A DNA stretch of 64,000 nt, taken from assembly GCA_036802685.1 (NCBI GenBank), contig DAIRVS010000004.1:2651-66650 (forward strand), given 5' to 3'. The notes beneath the pieces were generated by a model that was not told the origin of the DNA, did not search any database, and worked only from the letters and a program-made list of their open reading frames with translations. The DNA is from Myxococcota bacterium (GTDB taxonomy: Bacteria; Myxococcota_A; Polyangia; HGW-17). Both the position numbers and the translations under genes were made by a program. Below, piece by piece: positions 11,140 through 22,049 of the stretch (positions within the stretch are counted from its first letter, which is position 1; every line of letters begins with the position of its first letter).

Positions 11140-12912
11140 ATGGCCCTCTGGTTTTTTCTGTCCCTGCTGCTGACGCAGCCCGCCCCGACGGGCATCCTGA
11201 AAACCTCCGAGCTCAAGCCCGGCATGAAGGGCTACGGCCTGACCGTCTTCTCCGGGGAGACCCCGGTCAAGTTCGACGTCGAGGTCATCTCGGTGATGCG
11301 CCGCGCCATGCTGGATCAGGACCTGATCCTCGTGCGCTGCTCGCACCCCATCCTCGAGCACGCGGGGGTCATCGCCGGCATGAGCGGCAGCCCGATCTAC
11401 ATCAACGGCAAGTTCGCCGGGGGTCTGGGCTACGGCTACCAGTTCGCGAAGGATCCCATCGCCATGCTCACGCCGGCCGAGGACATCGTGAACACCACCC
11501 GGCGTCCGGTGCAGAACCTCGACCCGTGGGGCCGGCCGCCGACCCAGTCCGCCGACGCCTGGACCCAGCGGGTGCGCAACTCCCTGGTGGCCGTCAACAA
11601 CCCGCTGGCCCGCTCCCAGGGCGAGAGCCTGATCCGGCCGCTGGGCGTCGCCCTGTCGGTCTCGGGCGTGCCCGCCGGCCAGTTCGGCGACCTGTTCCCG
11701 CTGCTCTCCCAGCTCGGCCCGGCCGCCCCCTCGGGCGCCGGCGGCCCCGACGGCGTCGCCCGCAAGTTCCAGCCCGGCGGCCCGGTGGCCATCTGGCTCG
11801 TCTCCGGCGACATCAACGTGGCCGCCATCGGTACGGTGACCTACCTCGAGGGCGACCGCGTGGCGGTGTTCTCCCACCCGTTCCTGAGCATGGGCGAGAT
11901 GCGCCTGCCCGCCGGCCACGCGACGATCCACACGGTCATCGCGCGGGCCTCGAACTCCATGAAACTGGGCACGTTCACCACCCCCAAGGGCGCGCTGATC
12001 AAGGACGAGCAGGCCACGGTCGTGCTCGATCAGGCCGCGGAGCCGGGCTTTCTGCCGGTCACCGTGAGCGTGGTCGCCCCGGGCGAGAAGGCCAAGACCT
12101 ACAACTTCCAGGTGGCCCGCCACCGCCTGCTCTCGGCCAACCTGTCCGCCAGCCTCGTGCGCGTGGCCATGAACCGCCTGGCCCAGAACGCGTCGGATCT
12201 CACCTACACGGTGGACCACGAGTTCCAGATGGACGGGATGGCGCCGATCCGCTTCACGGACTCCTTCTCCTCCACCCAGGGGCTGGCCCTGAGCTTCCCG
12301 AACTCCTGGGGCGGCTGGGGCAACACCTCCCGGGGCGAGGTCGCCCTGCAGTTGCTTTTGAACAACCCGTTCACCCGCCTGGCGATCTCCCGGGTGAAGG
12401 TGAACGTGCACGTCACCACCGGGCTCAACCAGTTCCAGATCAAGAAGGTCGAGGTGGCCTCCCCCATGGTGCGCCCGGACCGCGAGTTCGCCGTCCTCGT
12501 CACCCTCAAGCCCCTCATGGGCCCCGAGGTCACCCGCCAGGTGACCATGAAACTGCCGAAGGAGTTCGCCGACTCCCGCGTGTTCCTCGAGGTGACCGCC
12601 GGCCGGGACACCCCGGTGGACGCCGCCGAGCCCAAGGATCTGCCGGGCCTGCTCGACTACATCCAGAAGTCCATGGACGCCCACACCCTCGTGCTCTCGG
12701 TGCGGACCCCCGCCCCGAAGGTGGACCTCGAGGGCGTCTTCGTGTCCGACGTCCCGCTCTCGGTGCTCGATTCCCTGGTGCGCCGGGGCGTCAGCACGAT
12801 CCCCCGGGTGGACCAGACCCTCCATCGTCAGATGATCCGCTTCCCCGAGCTGCTCTCCGGGGGCGCCAAGTGCAACCTGATCGTGAAATCCACGGAAGAA
12901 GAGGCGAAATGA
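11140..12912 (+). CDS. secreted S55 (SpoIVB-like) serine-peptidase-domain protein
   Basis: N-terminal signal-like segment; GMSGSPIY motif characteristic of the SpoIVB/S55 catalytic serine. Confidence 0.5.
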   Translation: MALWFFLSLLLTQPAPTGILKTSELKPGMKGYGLTVFSGETPVKFDVEVISVMRRAMLDQDLILVRCSHPILEHAGVIAGMSGSPIYINGKFAGGLGYGYQFAKDPIAMLTPAEDIVNTTRRPVQNLDPWGRPPTQSADAWTQRVRNSLVAVNNPLARSQGESLIRPLGVALSVSGVPAGQFGDLFPLLSQLGPAAPSGAGGPDGVARKFQPGGPVAIWLVSGDINVAAIGTVTYLEGDRVAVFSHPFLSMGEMRLPAGHATIHTVIARASNSMKLGTFTTPKGALIKDEQATVVLDQAAEPGFLPVTVSVVAPGEKAKTYNFQVARHRLLSANLSASLVRVAMNRLAQNASDLTYTVDHEFQMDGMAPIRFTDSFSSTQGLALSFPNSWGGWGNTSRGEVALQLLLNNPFTRLAISRVKVNVHVTTGLNQFQIKKVEVASPMVRPDREFAVLVTLKPLMGPEVTRQVTMKLPKEFADSRVFLEVTAGRDTPVDAAEPKDLPGLLDYIQKSMDAHTLVLSVRTPAPKVDLEGVFVSDVPLSVLDSLVRRGVSTIPRVDQTLHRQMIRFPELLSGGAKCNLIVKSTEEEAK

Positions 12913-15017
12913 TGAAGAACACCCTGCTGCTCGTGCTGCTCATGACGCTCGCGACCCCGGCCGCGGCGGCCCCCACCAAGTTCTGGGAACTGGAGAACCA
13001 CAACAGTTTCTTCAACGGCAAGTCCGAGGGAGCCCTGCTGCTCTCCGGCGGCGGGCTCATGCCCGGCCTGCGCGCGACGAAGCTCGAGACCAAGGAGAAG
13101 CTCCCGGGCCTGTTCTCCACGGTCGCCCGGTTCGCCGGCGGGAAGGTCCTGGTGGGCGGGGCCGACGCGGCCACCCTCTGGACGGTGGAGGCCGGACGCC
13201 TCAAGCTCCTGACCACCTTCGAGGGCGACGTGATGGTCACCCGCATCGTCGAGCTCCCCGGCGGGGACGCGCTGGTGGCCACGCTGCCCCGGGGCAACAT
13301 CTACCGCGTGAAGCCCGACGGCAAGCAGGAGCTCTTCGTCAAGCTGCCGGTGGAGCACGTGTGGAGCCTGGTGGTCAACGGCAACACCGTGTACGCCGGC
13401 TGCGGCCCCAAGGCCTCGGTCTACAAGATCGACCTGACGTCGCGCAAGGCGACCGCTTGGTGGAGCGTCGAAGAGAAGCACGTGATGGCGATGCAGTTCG
13501 TGCCGAAGAAGGGCCTGATCGTGGGCACCACCCCCGAGGCCCGCGTGTACCTGCTGCCCGAAGCCACCGGCGCCCCGGCCGCCACGCTGCTGTACGACTT
13601 CCCCGGCAACGAGCTGCGCGACCTGGTCGTCCTGGGGGACGCCGTGTACGCGGCCGTCAACCAACTGCAGTACCGCAGCACCGGCCCGTCGCCGACGCAG
13701 CCGCTGAAGACCGACCTGGGCGCCGGCGGCGGTCCCAAGGCCCCGATCACGGCCATGGAGCGCAAGGACCTGCCCACGCAGCAGGTGGTCTCCGGCACCG
13801 GCTCTTTGTACATGCTCGGCGGCCGCGGGGAGATGGAGAAGGTCCTCGATCTCGCCAAGGGTTACTTCACCCAGCTCCAGCTCGAGGGTGACCGCGTCTA
13901 CGCGGCCGACGGCCACTCGGGCCGAATCTACCGCGTCGAGACGAAGTCCTTCTCGGCGGCCATCGTCCTCGAGGTCGAGGAGCGCCAGGTCCTGGGCTTT
14001 TGGCTCAACGGCGAGAAGGAGGGCTTCGTGGTGGCCGGCGACGGCGCCGCCGCCTACGCCCTGTCCCGCGACCGCGGCAAGGCGGTCACCTACACCAGCG
14101 CGGCCCTTGACGCCGGCGTGCCCGCCTCCTTCGGCGCGCTGCACCTGTACGCCTCGGATTCGGCGGTGAAGGTCGAGACGCGCACGGGCACCACCGAGGA
14201 GCCCGACGACAAGCTCTGGAGCCCGTGGAAGCCCGTGTCCGGCGGCGTTCGCGCCCCCGACGGCGGCTTCGTCCACACCATCGGCTCCGCGCCGGCCCGC
14301 TTCTTCCAGTTGCGCGTGACCTGGAACCCCGGCTCCGCCACGAAGATCGAGAAGATCCGCGTGTTCTACGCGCCCCTCAACCTGGCCCCCAAGCTGGCCG
14401 AGATCCGCGTGGGCGCCTCCCGCGGCGGCCCGGGCCCCTACGGTGATCCGGTCATCCCCGAGGTCGTCCCCGTCCGCTCAGGCGACGTCTCCATCTCCTG
14501 GCAGGTCGTGAACAACGACGGCGACGTGCTGGAGTATCGCCTGTGGGTGCGCAAGGTGGGCGAGAAGACCTGGCGCCCGCTCACGCCCAAGGCCCCCGTG
14601 ACCGGCACGTCCTTCACCTGGAAGGCCGCCGCCTTCGCCGACGGGCTGTACGAGGTCCGCGTGCTCGCCAGCGACGCCCCCGTGAACTCCCCGGGCACCG
14701 AGCTCACCTCGGAGCTGGTCTCCAAGCCGTTCCTGGTGGACAACACCGCGCCGAAGATCAGCGCCCTGGTCATCAAGTCCCCGGCCGTGTCGTTCACCGC
14801 CGCGGACGTGGCCTCCCGCCTGATCGGCGTGCAGGTGCGGATCGACGACGAGCCCTGGAAGCCCGTGCTGCCGGTGGACCGCATCCTCGACTCCCTCTCG
14901 GAGAAGTTCCAGTTCACCCTGCCGGCCACCCTCGAGAAGGGCGTCCACCTGCTGCAGATCCGCGTCGCGGACGAGGCGGGCAACGTCCACGTCATGAGTC
15001 AGGAATTTACTTTTTAA
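12909..15017 (+). CDS. secreted beta-propeller protein with a C-terminal FN3/Ig-like region
   Basis: ATGA overlap with the upstream gene; signal peptide MMKNTLLLVLLMTLATPAAAAP; repeated blade-like segments; the longer ORF 11526-15017 is rejected as a frame artefact. Confidence 0.6.
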   Translation: MMKNTLLLVLLMTLATPAAAAPTKFWELENHNSFFNGKSEGALLLSGGGLMPGLRATKLETKEKLPGLFSTVARFAGGKVLVGGADAATLWTVEAGRLKLLTTFEGDVMVTRIVELPGGDALVATLPRGNIYRVKPDGKQELFVKLPVEHVWSLVVNGNTVYAGCGPKASVYKIDLTSRKATAWWSVEEKHVMAMQFVPKKGLIVGTTPEARVYLLPEATGAPAATLLYDFPGNELRDLVVLGDAVYAAVNQLQYRSTGPSPTQPLKTDLGAGGGPKAPITAMERKDLPTQQVVSGTGSLYMLGGRGEMEKVLDLAKGYFTQLQLEGDRVYAADGHSGRIYRVETKSFSAAIVLEVEERQVLGFWLNGEKEGFVVAGDGAAAYALSRDRGKAVTYTSAALDAGVPASFGALHLYASDSAVKVETRTGTTEEPDDKLWSPWKPVSGGVRAPDGGFVHTIGSAPARFFQLRVTWNPGSATKIEKIRVFYAPLNLAPKLAEIRVGASRGGPGPYGDPVIPEVVPVRSGDVSISWQVVNNDGDVLEYRLWVRKVGEKTWRPLTPKAPVTGTSFTWKAAAFADGLYEVRVLASDAPVNSPGTELTSELVSKPFLVDNTAPKISALVIKSPAVSFTAADVASRLIGVQVRIDDEPWKPVLPVDRILDSLSEKFQFTLPATLEKGVHLLQIRVADEAGNVHVMSQEFTF

Positions 15018-15025
15018 TTAATTAA
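15014..15025. repeat. perfect 12-bp palindrome TTAATTAATTAA giving stop codons in all three frames on both strands, immediately upstream of uvrC
   Basis: Read directly from the sequence; it contains the TAA stop of the 12909-15017 gene and is an extreme AT island in a GC-rich context. Confidence 0.9.
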
Positions 15026-15029
15026 AAAC

Positions 15030-16886
15030 ATGGACCTGCGCGACCCCGCCGCCCGGGAGACTCTCCTCGCCAGCCTGCCCCACGCCCCCGGCGTGTACGT
15101 CATGCGCAACGCCGCCGCCCAGGTGCTCTACGTGGGCAAGGCCAACGACCTCTTCTCGCGGGTCCACTCGTATTTCCGGGCCTCCGGGGATACCCGGCAC
15201 TTCGTGTCGCGCCTGCCCGACGAGCTCGCCGACCTGGAGGTGTGGGTCACCCAGAGCGAGCGCGAGGCGCTCCTGCTCGAGAACAACCTCATCAAGGAGT
15301 TGAAGCCGCGCTACAACGTGCGCCTGCGCGACGACAAGAGCTACCTGATGATCCGCGTGCACCTTCTGCACCCGTGGCCGCGCTTCGAGACGGCCCGCGG
15401 TCTTCCGCAGGAGGACGGGGCGCGGTGGTTCGGGCCCTACCACGCAGCCTCGGCCGTGCACTTTTTCCTGTCGTTCATCGGCCGGTACTTCCGGTTCCGC
15501 ACGTGCTCGGACGCGGCGTTCGCCTCCCGGAAGAAGCCCTGCCTGCAGTACCACATGGGGCGCTGCGAGGCCCCCTGCTGCCGCGAGGTCGACGCGGCGG
15601 CCTACCGGCGCCGGGTGGAGAAGGCGCTCCTGTACCTCGAGGGGAGCTTCGAGCGCCTGATCCGCGACGTCCGCCGGGAGATGAAGCAGGCGGCCGCGGA
15701 CCTGGAGTTCGAGAAGGCCGCCGGGCTGCGGGACCTGCTGTTCGCGCTCGAGAAGTGCGCCCAGCCCCAGCGCGTGGTGACCGCGGACCTGACGCCCGTG
15801 GACGCGGTGGGCTTCGTGCGGGAGGGGGGCCGGCTGTCCCTGGTGGTGCTCGAGGTCCGCGCCGGCCAGCTCGGGGTGCACCGCCAATTGGTCGTGGACG
15901 CGCCCGGGGAGCTGGACGCCGGCGAGATCCTCTCTTCCTTCCTGTTCCAGCACTATGCCTCCCGGACCGAGCTCCCGGACCGCGTGCTGGTGCCGTTTGC
16001 CCCGGACGCGGCGGCGGCGCTGGGGGCCCAGCTCTCGGAGACGGCCGGCCGGCCGGTGGTCCTCGTGGACGGTTCGGCCAATCAGGCGGGGAAGGACTCC
16101 GCCGAAGGGAAGTTGCTGCACCTGGCCGAGGTCAACGCCCGTCACCGCCTGACGCTCCAGGCCGAGCTCGAGGTGGACGCCGACCTGGGCCGCCTGGCCG
16201 TCCGTCTGCACCTGCCGGGGGTCCCGCGGCGCATGGAGTGCTACGACGTCTCCCACACCCAGGGGCGGGACACGGCGGCCTCGATGGTGGTCTTCGTCGA
16301 CGGGCGCCCTGCGCCCAGGGCCTATCGCCAGTTCCACGTGCGCGACGTCGCCCCCGGGGACGACTACGGCGCCCTGCGCGAGGTCCTGGCCCGCCGGGTG
16401 GCGCGCGCGGGGGAGGAGGGCTGGGAGCTGCCGGACCTGATGGTCATCGACGGCGGCCGCGGCCAGTTGCGCGCGGTGACCGGGATCCTGGAGCAGGCCG
16501 CCGCCGCCGCCGGGCTGTCCCTCGAGCGGCTGCGCGTGGTGTCCCTGGCCAAGCAGCACGACGTCGACGGTCCCCCCGAGCGGGTGTTCCTGGCCGGCCA
16601 GAAGGATCCCCTCCCGATCACCCCCGCCGCCCGGGAGCTGCGCCTGCTGATCCGCCTGCGGGACGAGGCCCACCGCTTCGCCAACCGGGCCCGCGTGAAG
16701 CGCCAGGAGAAGGTCTTCTCGTCGAAGCTCTCCGAGGTGCCCGGCCTGGGCCCGAAGCGCGTCACCGCCCTTTTGCGCGCCTTCGGCAGCGTGGAGCGCG
16801 TGCGGACCGCCGACCCGGCCGAGTTGGCGAAGGCCGGCCGCTTCAGCCTCGGGCTCGCGCAGAAGATCCTGGAGTTTCTGAATTGA
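15030..16886 (+). CDS. uvrC: excinuclease ABC subunit C
   Basis: N-terminal GIY-YIG domain (GVYVMRN...VLYVGKA), UvrC cysteine cluster, C-terminal RNaseH-like and (HhH)2 domains; no SD, AT-rich leader. Confidence 0.9.
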   Translation: MDLRDPAARETLLASLPHAPGVYVMRNAAAQVLYVGKANDLFSRVHSYFRASGDTRHFVSRLPDELADLEVWVTQSEREALLLENNLIKELKPRYNVRLRDDKSYLMIRVHLLHPWPRFETARGLPQEDGARWFGPYHAASAVHFFLSFIGRYFRFRTCSDAAFASRKKPCLQYHMGRCEAPCCREVDAAAYRRRVEKALLYLEGSFERLIRDVRREMKQAAADLEFEKAAGLRDLLFALEKCAQPQRVVTADLTPVDAVGFVREGGRLSLVVLEVRAGQLGVHRQLVVDAPGELDAGEILSSFLFQHYASRTELPDRVLVPFAPDAAAALGAQLSETAGRPVVLVDGSANQAGKDSAEGKLLHLAEVNARHRLTLQAELEVDADLGRLAVRLHLPGVPRRMECYDVSHTQGRDTAASMVVFVDGRPAPRAYRQFHVRDVAPGDDYGALREVLARRVARAGEEGWELPDLMVIDGGRGQLRAVTGILEQAAAAAGLSLERLRVVSLAKQHDVDGPPERVFLAGQKDPLPITPAARELRLLIRLRDEAHRFANRARVKRQEKVFSSKLSEVPGLGPKRVTALLRAFGSVERVRTADPAELAKAGRFSLGLAQKILEFLN

Positions 16887-16892
16887 GTGTAG

Positions 16893-16975
16893 TGCGAGGA
16901 AGGGGACTCGAACCCCTACAGACAGCGTCCACTAGCACCTCAAGCTAGCGCGTCTACCAATTCCGCCATCCTCGC
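16893..16975 (-). tRNA. tRNA-Leu (anticodon GAG), class II with a long variable arm; CCA not encoded
   Basis: Minus-strand sequence GCGAGGA...TCCTCGC forms a 7-bp acceptor stem; anticodon stem CTAGC/GCTAG with loop TTGAGGT; T-arm GGGGTTCGAGTCCCC; 16-nt variable arm. Confidence 0.8.
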
Positions 16976-17010
16976 GGGCCCGCGGCGCTGTGCACCGGGG
17001 GGCGTGCATG

Positions 17011-17039
17011 ATCTAATGAGGTTTCGGGAGATTGTCAAT
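17011..17039 (-). promoter_or_regulatory. possible tRNA-Leu promoter: -35 TTGACA, 17-nt spacer, -10 TTAGAT, followed by a GC-rich discriminator
   Basis: Minus-strand TTGACAatctcccgaaacctcatTTAGAT about 35 nt upstream of the tRNA 5' end; the -10 match is weak. Confidence 0.3.
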
Positions 17040-17053
17040 CGGAAAATGCCGGG

Positions 17054-17083
17054 TTGATTCCTTGACCCCGGTTGGGGCATAAT
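17054..17083 (+). promoter_or_regulatory. possible sigma70-like promoter for cutA: -35 TTGATT, 18-nt spacer, -10 CATAAT
   Basis: TTGATTccttgaccccggttggggCATAAT about 30 nt upstream of the GGAGG SD and the ATG at 17116. Confidence 0.35.
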
Positions 17084-17115
17084 GCGCGCGAACTTTTTCC
17101 CGGAGGCCCCGCCCG

Positions 17116-17439
17116 ATGTCGACCTTCGAACCCGTCGTGGTCCTGATGACGACCCCCGATCCCGCCTGTGCCGAGGCCATCGCCGACCGGTTGCTGGCGC
17201 TGAAGTTGTGCGCCTGCGTCAACGTGGTGCCGGCTGTGCAGTCCCAGTTCTTCTGGCAGGGGGCCTTCCAGACCGCGGCGGAGTCCCTGTGCGTCATCAA
17301 GACCGGGCGCCACCTGCTGCCCCAGCTCGAGCAGGCGGTGCGGTCCATGCACCCGTACCAGGTGCCCGAGCTCATCGCGCTGCCCGTGGTCTGGGGCAAC
17401 GCCGACTTCGTGGCCTGGGTCGAGAGCGCCGTGTCATAG
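17116..17439 (+). CDS. cutA: divalent-cation tolerance protein CutA
   Basis: 107-aa protein with the CutA1 signature (VVVLMTTPD...CACVNVVP...SQFFWQG). Confidence 0.85.
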   Translation: MSTFEPVVVLMTTPDPACAEAIADRLLALKLCACVNVVPAVQSQFFWQGAFQTAAESLCVIKTGRHLLPQLEQAVRSMHPYQVPELIALPVVWGNADFVAWVESAVS

Positions 17440-17458
17440 GACCGGGAACGGAGCGGGC

Positions 17459-18868
17459 ATGCACGCCTTCGAGCGATTCATCCACTACTACAACGACACC
17501 GTCGGTCCCACGATTCTGCTGGCCCTGCTGATCCCGGTGGGCATCCTCTTCACCGTGCTGCTCAAGGCGATCCAGTTCCGCAAGTTCGGTCTGGCGGTGC
17601 AGGTGGTGTCGGGGAAGTTCCACCAGCCCGGGGAGCCCGGCGACATCACGCACTTCCAGGCGCTGTCGGCGGCCCTCTCGGCCACCGTCGGCATCGGCAA
17701 CATCGCGGGCGTGGCCACGGCCATCGCCTGGGGCGGCCCCGGCGCGGCGTTCTGGATCTGGATGACCGGCTTTCTGGGCATGGCGCTCAAGTACGCCGAG
17801 TGCACGCTGGCACTGCACTACCGCGAGACCGACTCCGCCGGGATGGTCGCCGGCGGCCCGATGTATTACATCAAGAAGGGGCTGGGCCCGCGCCTGGGCC
17901 GCGCGGCCACGGTCCTGGCCGTGATGTTCGCCGTCGGGACGGTGATCTGCTCGTTCGGCACCGGCAACATGCCCCAGTCCAACTCCATGGCCCAGGCCCT
18001 CGACGGCGCCTACGGGATCCCCACCTGGGCCTCGGGGCTGGTCATTGCCGCGCTGGTCTTTCTGGTCATCGTGGGCGGCATCCGCCGCATCGGCGCGGTG
18101 GCCTCGAAGCTGGTGCCCTTGATGGCCGCGTTCTACATCCTGGGCGGCGTGGCCGTGCTGCTGGTCAACCACGACCGGGTCGGCCCCGCCTTCGCGCTGA
18201 TCTTCCGCGACGCCTTCACCGGCGAGGCCGCGCTCAAGGGCGGCTTCATCGCCGCCGTGATCTGGGGCATCAAGCGCGGGCTCTACTCCAACGAGGCCGG
18301 GCAGGGCAGCGCGCCCATCGCCCACGCCGCCGCGCAGACCCCGTACGCCGTGCGCGAGGGCCTGGTCTCCATGCTCGAGCCGTTCATCGACACCGTGCTG
18401 ATCTGCACGCTCACCTCCCTGGTCATCGTGGTCGGCGGGCTGAACGTCCCGGACGCCACGGGTTTGAAGCCGGTCCTCGACGGCGCGGTGCTCACCACGC
18501 GGTCGTTCGAGAGCGGGCTCGACCCCGTGGGGCTGGGGTGGCTCGGCACGCAGGTGGTGGCCATCTCCACCGTGCTGTTCGCGCTCTCCACGGCCATCTC
18601 GTGGTCCTACTACGGCGACCGCGCGGTGACCTTCCTGTTCGATCACCCGCGGGCCGTGCTGGCCTACCGCATCGTGTTCTCCGTCGTCATCTTCGTGGGC
18701 GCCGTGCAGTCGATGAAGCTCGTGTGGGGCTTCGCGGACATGGCCATCACGTTCATGGCCTTGCCGAACCTGCTCGCCCTGTGTATGCTCGCGCCCAAGG
18801 TGCTGTCCCTCACCCGGCAGTACTTCGAGGAGCACGCGCGGCTCGTCGCGCGGCCGCCGGAGGCCTAA
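17459..18868 (+). CDS. alanine/glycine:cation symporter (AGCS family)
   Basis: Polytopic membrane protein; AGCS signature AWGGPGAAFWIWMTGFLGMALKYAEC. Confidence 0.85.
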   Translation: MHAFERFIHYYNDTVGPTILLALLIPVGILFTVLLKAIQFRKFGLAVQVVSGKFHQPGEPGDITHFQALSAALSATVGIGNIAGVATAIAWGGPGAAFWIWMTGFLGMALKYAECTLALHYRETDSAGMVAGGPMYYIKKGLGPRLGRAATVLAVMFAVGTVICSFGTGNMPQSNSMAQALDGAYGIPTWASGLVIAALVFLVIVGGIRRIGAVASKLVPLMAAFYILGGVAVLLVNHDRVGPAFALIFRDAFTGEAALKGGFIAAVIWGIKRGLYSNEAGQGSAPIAHAAAQTPYAVREGLVSMLEPFIDTVLICTLTSLVIVVGGLNVPDATGLKPVLDGAVLTTRSFESGLDPVGLGWLGTQVVAISTVLFALSTAISWSYYGDRAVTFLFDHPRAVLAYRIVFSVVIFVGAVQSMKLVWGFADMAITFMALPNLLALCMLAPKVLSLTRQYFEEHARLVARPPEA

Positions 18869-18889
18869 CCCCTTTTCCCAGGAGCCCTC

Positions 18890-20830
<1,941 letters not shown>

Positions 20831-20854
20831 TCCACCTCAGAAAGGAAAGTACCC

Positions 20855-21334
20855 ATGAAACAGGCTGTCATCTCCACCAACTTCGGCGACATCGTGCTGG
20901 AGTTCTTCCCCGACAAGGCCCCCAACCACGTGGCCAACTTCCTCAAGCTCGCCGAGAGCGGCTTCTACGACGGCACCATCTTCCACCGCGTGATCCCGGG
21001 CTTCATGATCCAGGGCGGCTGCCCCAACTCCAAGCCCAACGCCCGTGGCGTCCCCGGCACCGGCGGCCCCGGCTGGAACGTCAAGGCCGAGTTCAACGAC
21101 GTCAGCCACGTGCGCGGCATCCTCTCCATGGCGCGCTCGTCGGATCCCGACAGCGCGGGCTCCCAGTTCTTCATCTGCCACGCCGACTCCAAGTTCCTCA
21201 ACGGGCAGTACACCGTGTTCGGCAAGGTCGTCTCCGGCATGGAGGTCGTGGACCAGATCGCCGAGCTCGACCGCAACTCCAAGGACATGCCCCGCGAGCG
21301 CGTGGAGATGAAGGTCACCGTCCGGGGGAGCTGA
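20855..21334 (+). CDS. ppiB: cyclophilin-type peptidyl-prolyl cis-trans isomerase
   Basis: FHRVIPGFMIQGG...SMAR...GSQFFI cyclophilin motifs. Confidence 0.9.
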   Translation: MKQAVISTNFGDIVLEFFPDKAPNHVANFLKLAESGFYDGTIFHRVIPGFMIQGGCPNSKPNARGVPGTGGPGWNVKAEFNDVSHVRGILSMARSSDPDSAGSQFFICHADSKFLNGQYTVFGKVVSGMEVVDQIAELDRNSKDMPRERVEMKVTVRGS

Positions 21335-21335
21335 C

Positions 21336-21779
21336 GTGCCCCCGATCTCCGATCCCATCATCGTTTTCACCGACGGCGCCTGCTCGGGGAACCCCGGCCC
21401 CGGCGGCTACGGCGTCGTGCTGCGCGCGGGCGGCAACCAGCGCACCATCTCGGGCTGGCTCGGCGACGCCTGCACCAACAACATCGCCGAGCTCACCGCC
21501 ATCCTGCGCGCCCTCGAGGCCATCCGCGATCCGTCGCGCCCCGTCCACCTCTACAGCGACTCCGCCTACGCCCTGGGCCTGCTCACCCAGAACTGGAAGG
21601 CCAAGGCCAACACCGAGCTGGTGGCCGAACTGAGGCGCAAGGTCCGGGAGTTCCCCCGCCTGAAGCTCATCAAGATCGAGGGTCACGCCGGCCATGAGGG
21701 CAATGAGCTCGCCGATCGCCTGGCCCGCGCCGCCATCGTCGCCCGCGCCACCACAGACGAATATCAAAAAATGGGCTGA
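21336..21779 (+). CDS. rnhA: ribonuclease HI (GTG start)
   Basis: DGACSGNPGPGGYG...E...D...HAGHEGNELADRLA catalytic DEDD residues; 1-nt spacing from the ppiB stop. Confidence 0.9.
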   Translation: MPPISDPIIVFTDGACSGNPGPGGYGVVLRAGGNQRTISGWLGDACTNNIAELTAILRALEAIRDPSRPVHLYSDSAYALGLLTQNWKAKANTELVAELRRKVREFPRLKLIKIEGHAGHEGNELADRLARAAIVARATTDEYQKMG

Positions 21780-21784
21780 CCAAT

Positions 21785-21817
21785 CTGACACCCGGGTGTC
21801 AGAGATTTGACACTTTT
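21785..21817 (+). terminator. possible intrinsic terminator or operator: palindrome CTGACACCCGGGTGTCAG, then a third TGACAC half-site and TTTT
   Basis: 18-bp perfect inverted repeat 6 nt after the rnhA stop; TGACAC/GTGTCA occurs three times in 29 nt; followed by a U-run. Confidence 0.4.
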
Positions 21818-22049
21818 CCTGACGGATTCCGTCAATCGCGAAGGTTTTCACGACTTGGTGATCGGTTGCGCACGGGTGCAACTGTTTTTCCTTCAGGTTG
21901 TACAAGGTTTTTTTTGTGAATTTCATGAGAAAATAAAGTATTGGGTGATGGCGAAGCGGATCTGGCACGGGTGATGCAGCACTGGGCGCCAAGTCCGGCG
22001 GACGGGGAAAGTCCTCCCGGCCTTGGCTTCCGCACGAAAGGAACCGCTC

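Noticed and set aside
11526-15017. 1163-aa ORF that would fuse the region of the S55 peptidase with the downstream beta-propeller gene
   Set aside because: Its N-terminal 460 aa are Arg/Pro/Gly-rich junk in an alternative frame of the 11140-12912 gene. A signal peptide begins at the internal ATG 12909, which overlaps the upstream stop (ATGA), so that is taken as the real start.
16893-16975. Genomic island or prophage integrated at the tRNA-Leu gene
   Set aside because: No integrase or recombinase, no duplicated tRNA 3' segment, and no compositional shift. The flanking genes are housekeeping (uvrC, cutA).
21780-22049. Riboswitch or structured ncRNA in the 270-nt region upstream of the class-V aminotransferase gene
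   Set aside because: No recognisable riboswitch consensus (glycine, SAM, TPP and similar) could be read from the sequence. Only short palindromes and an AT-rich putative promoter are seen.
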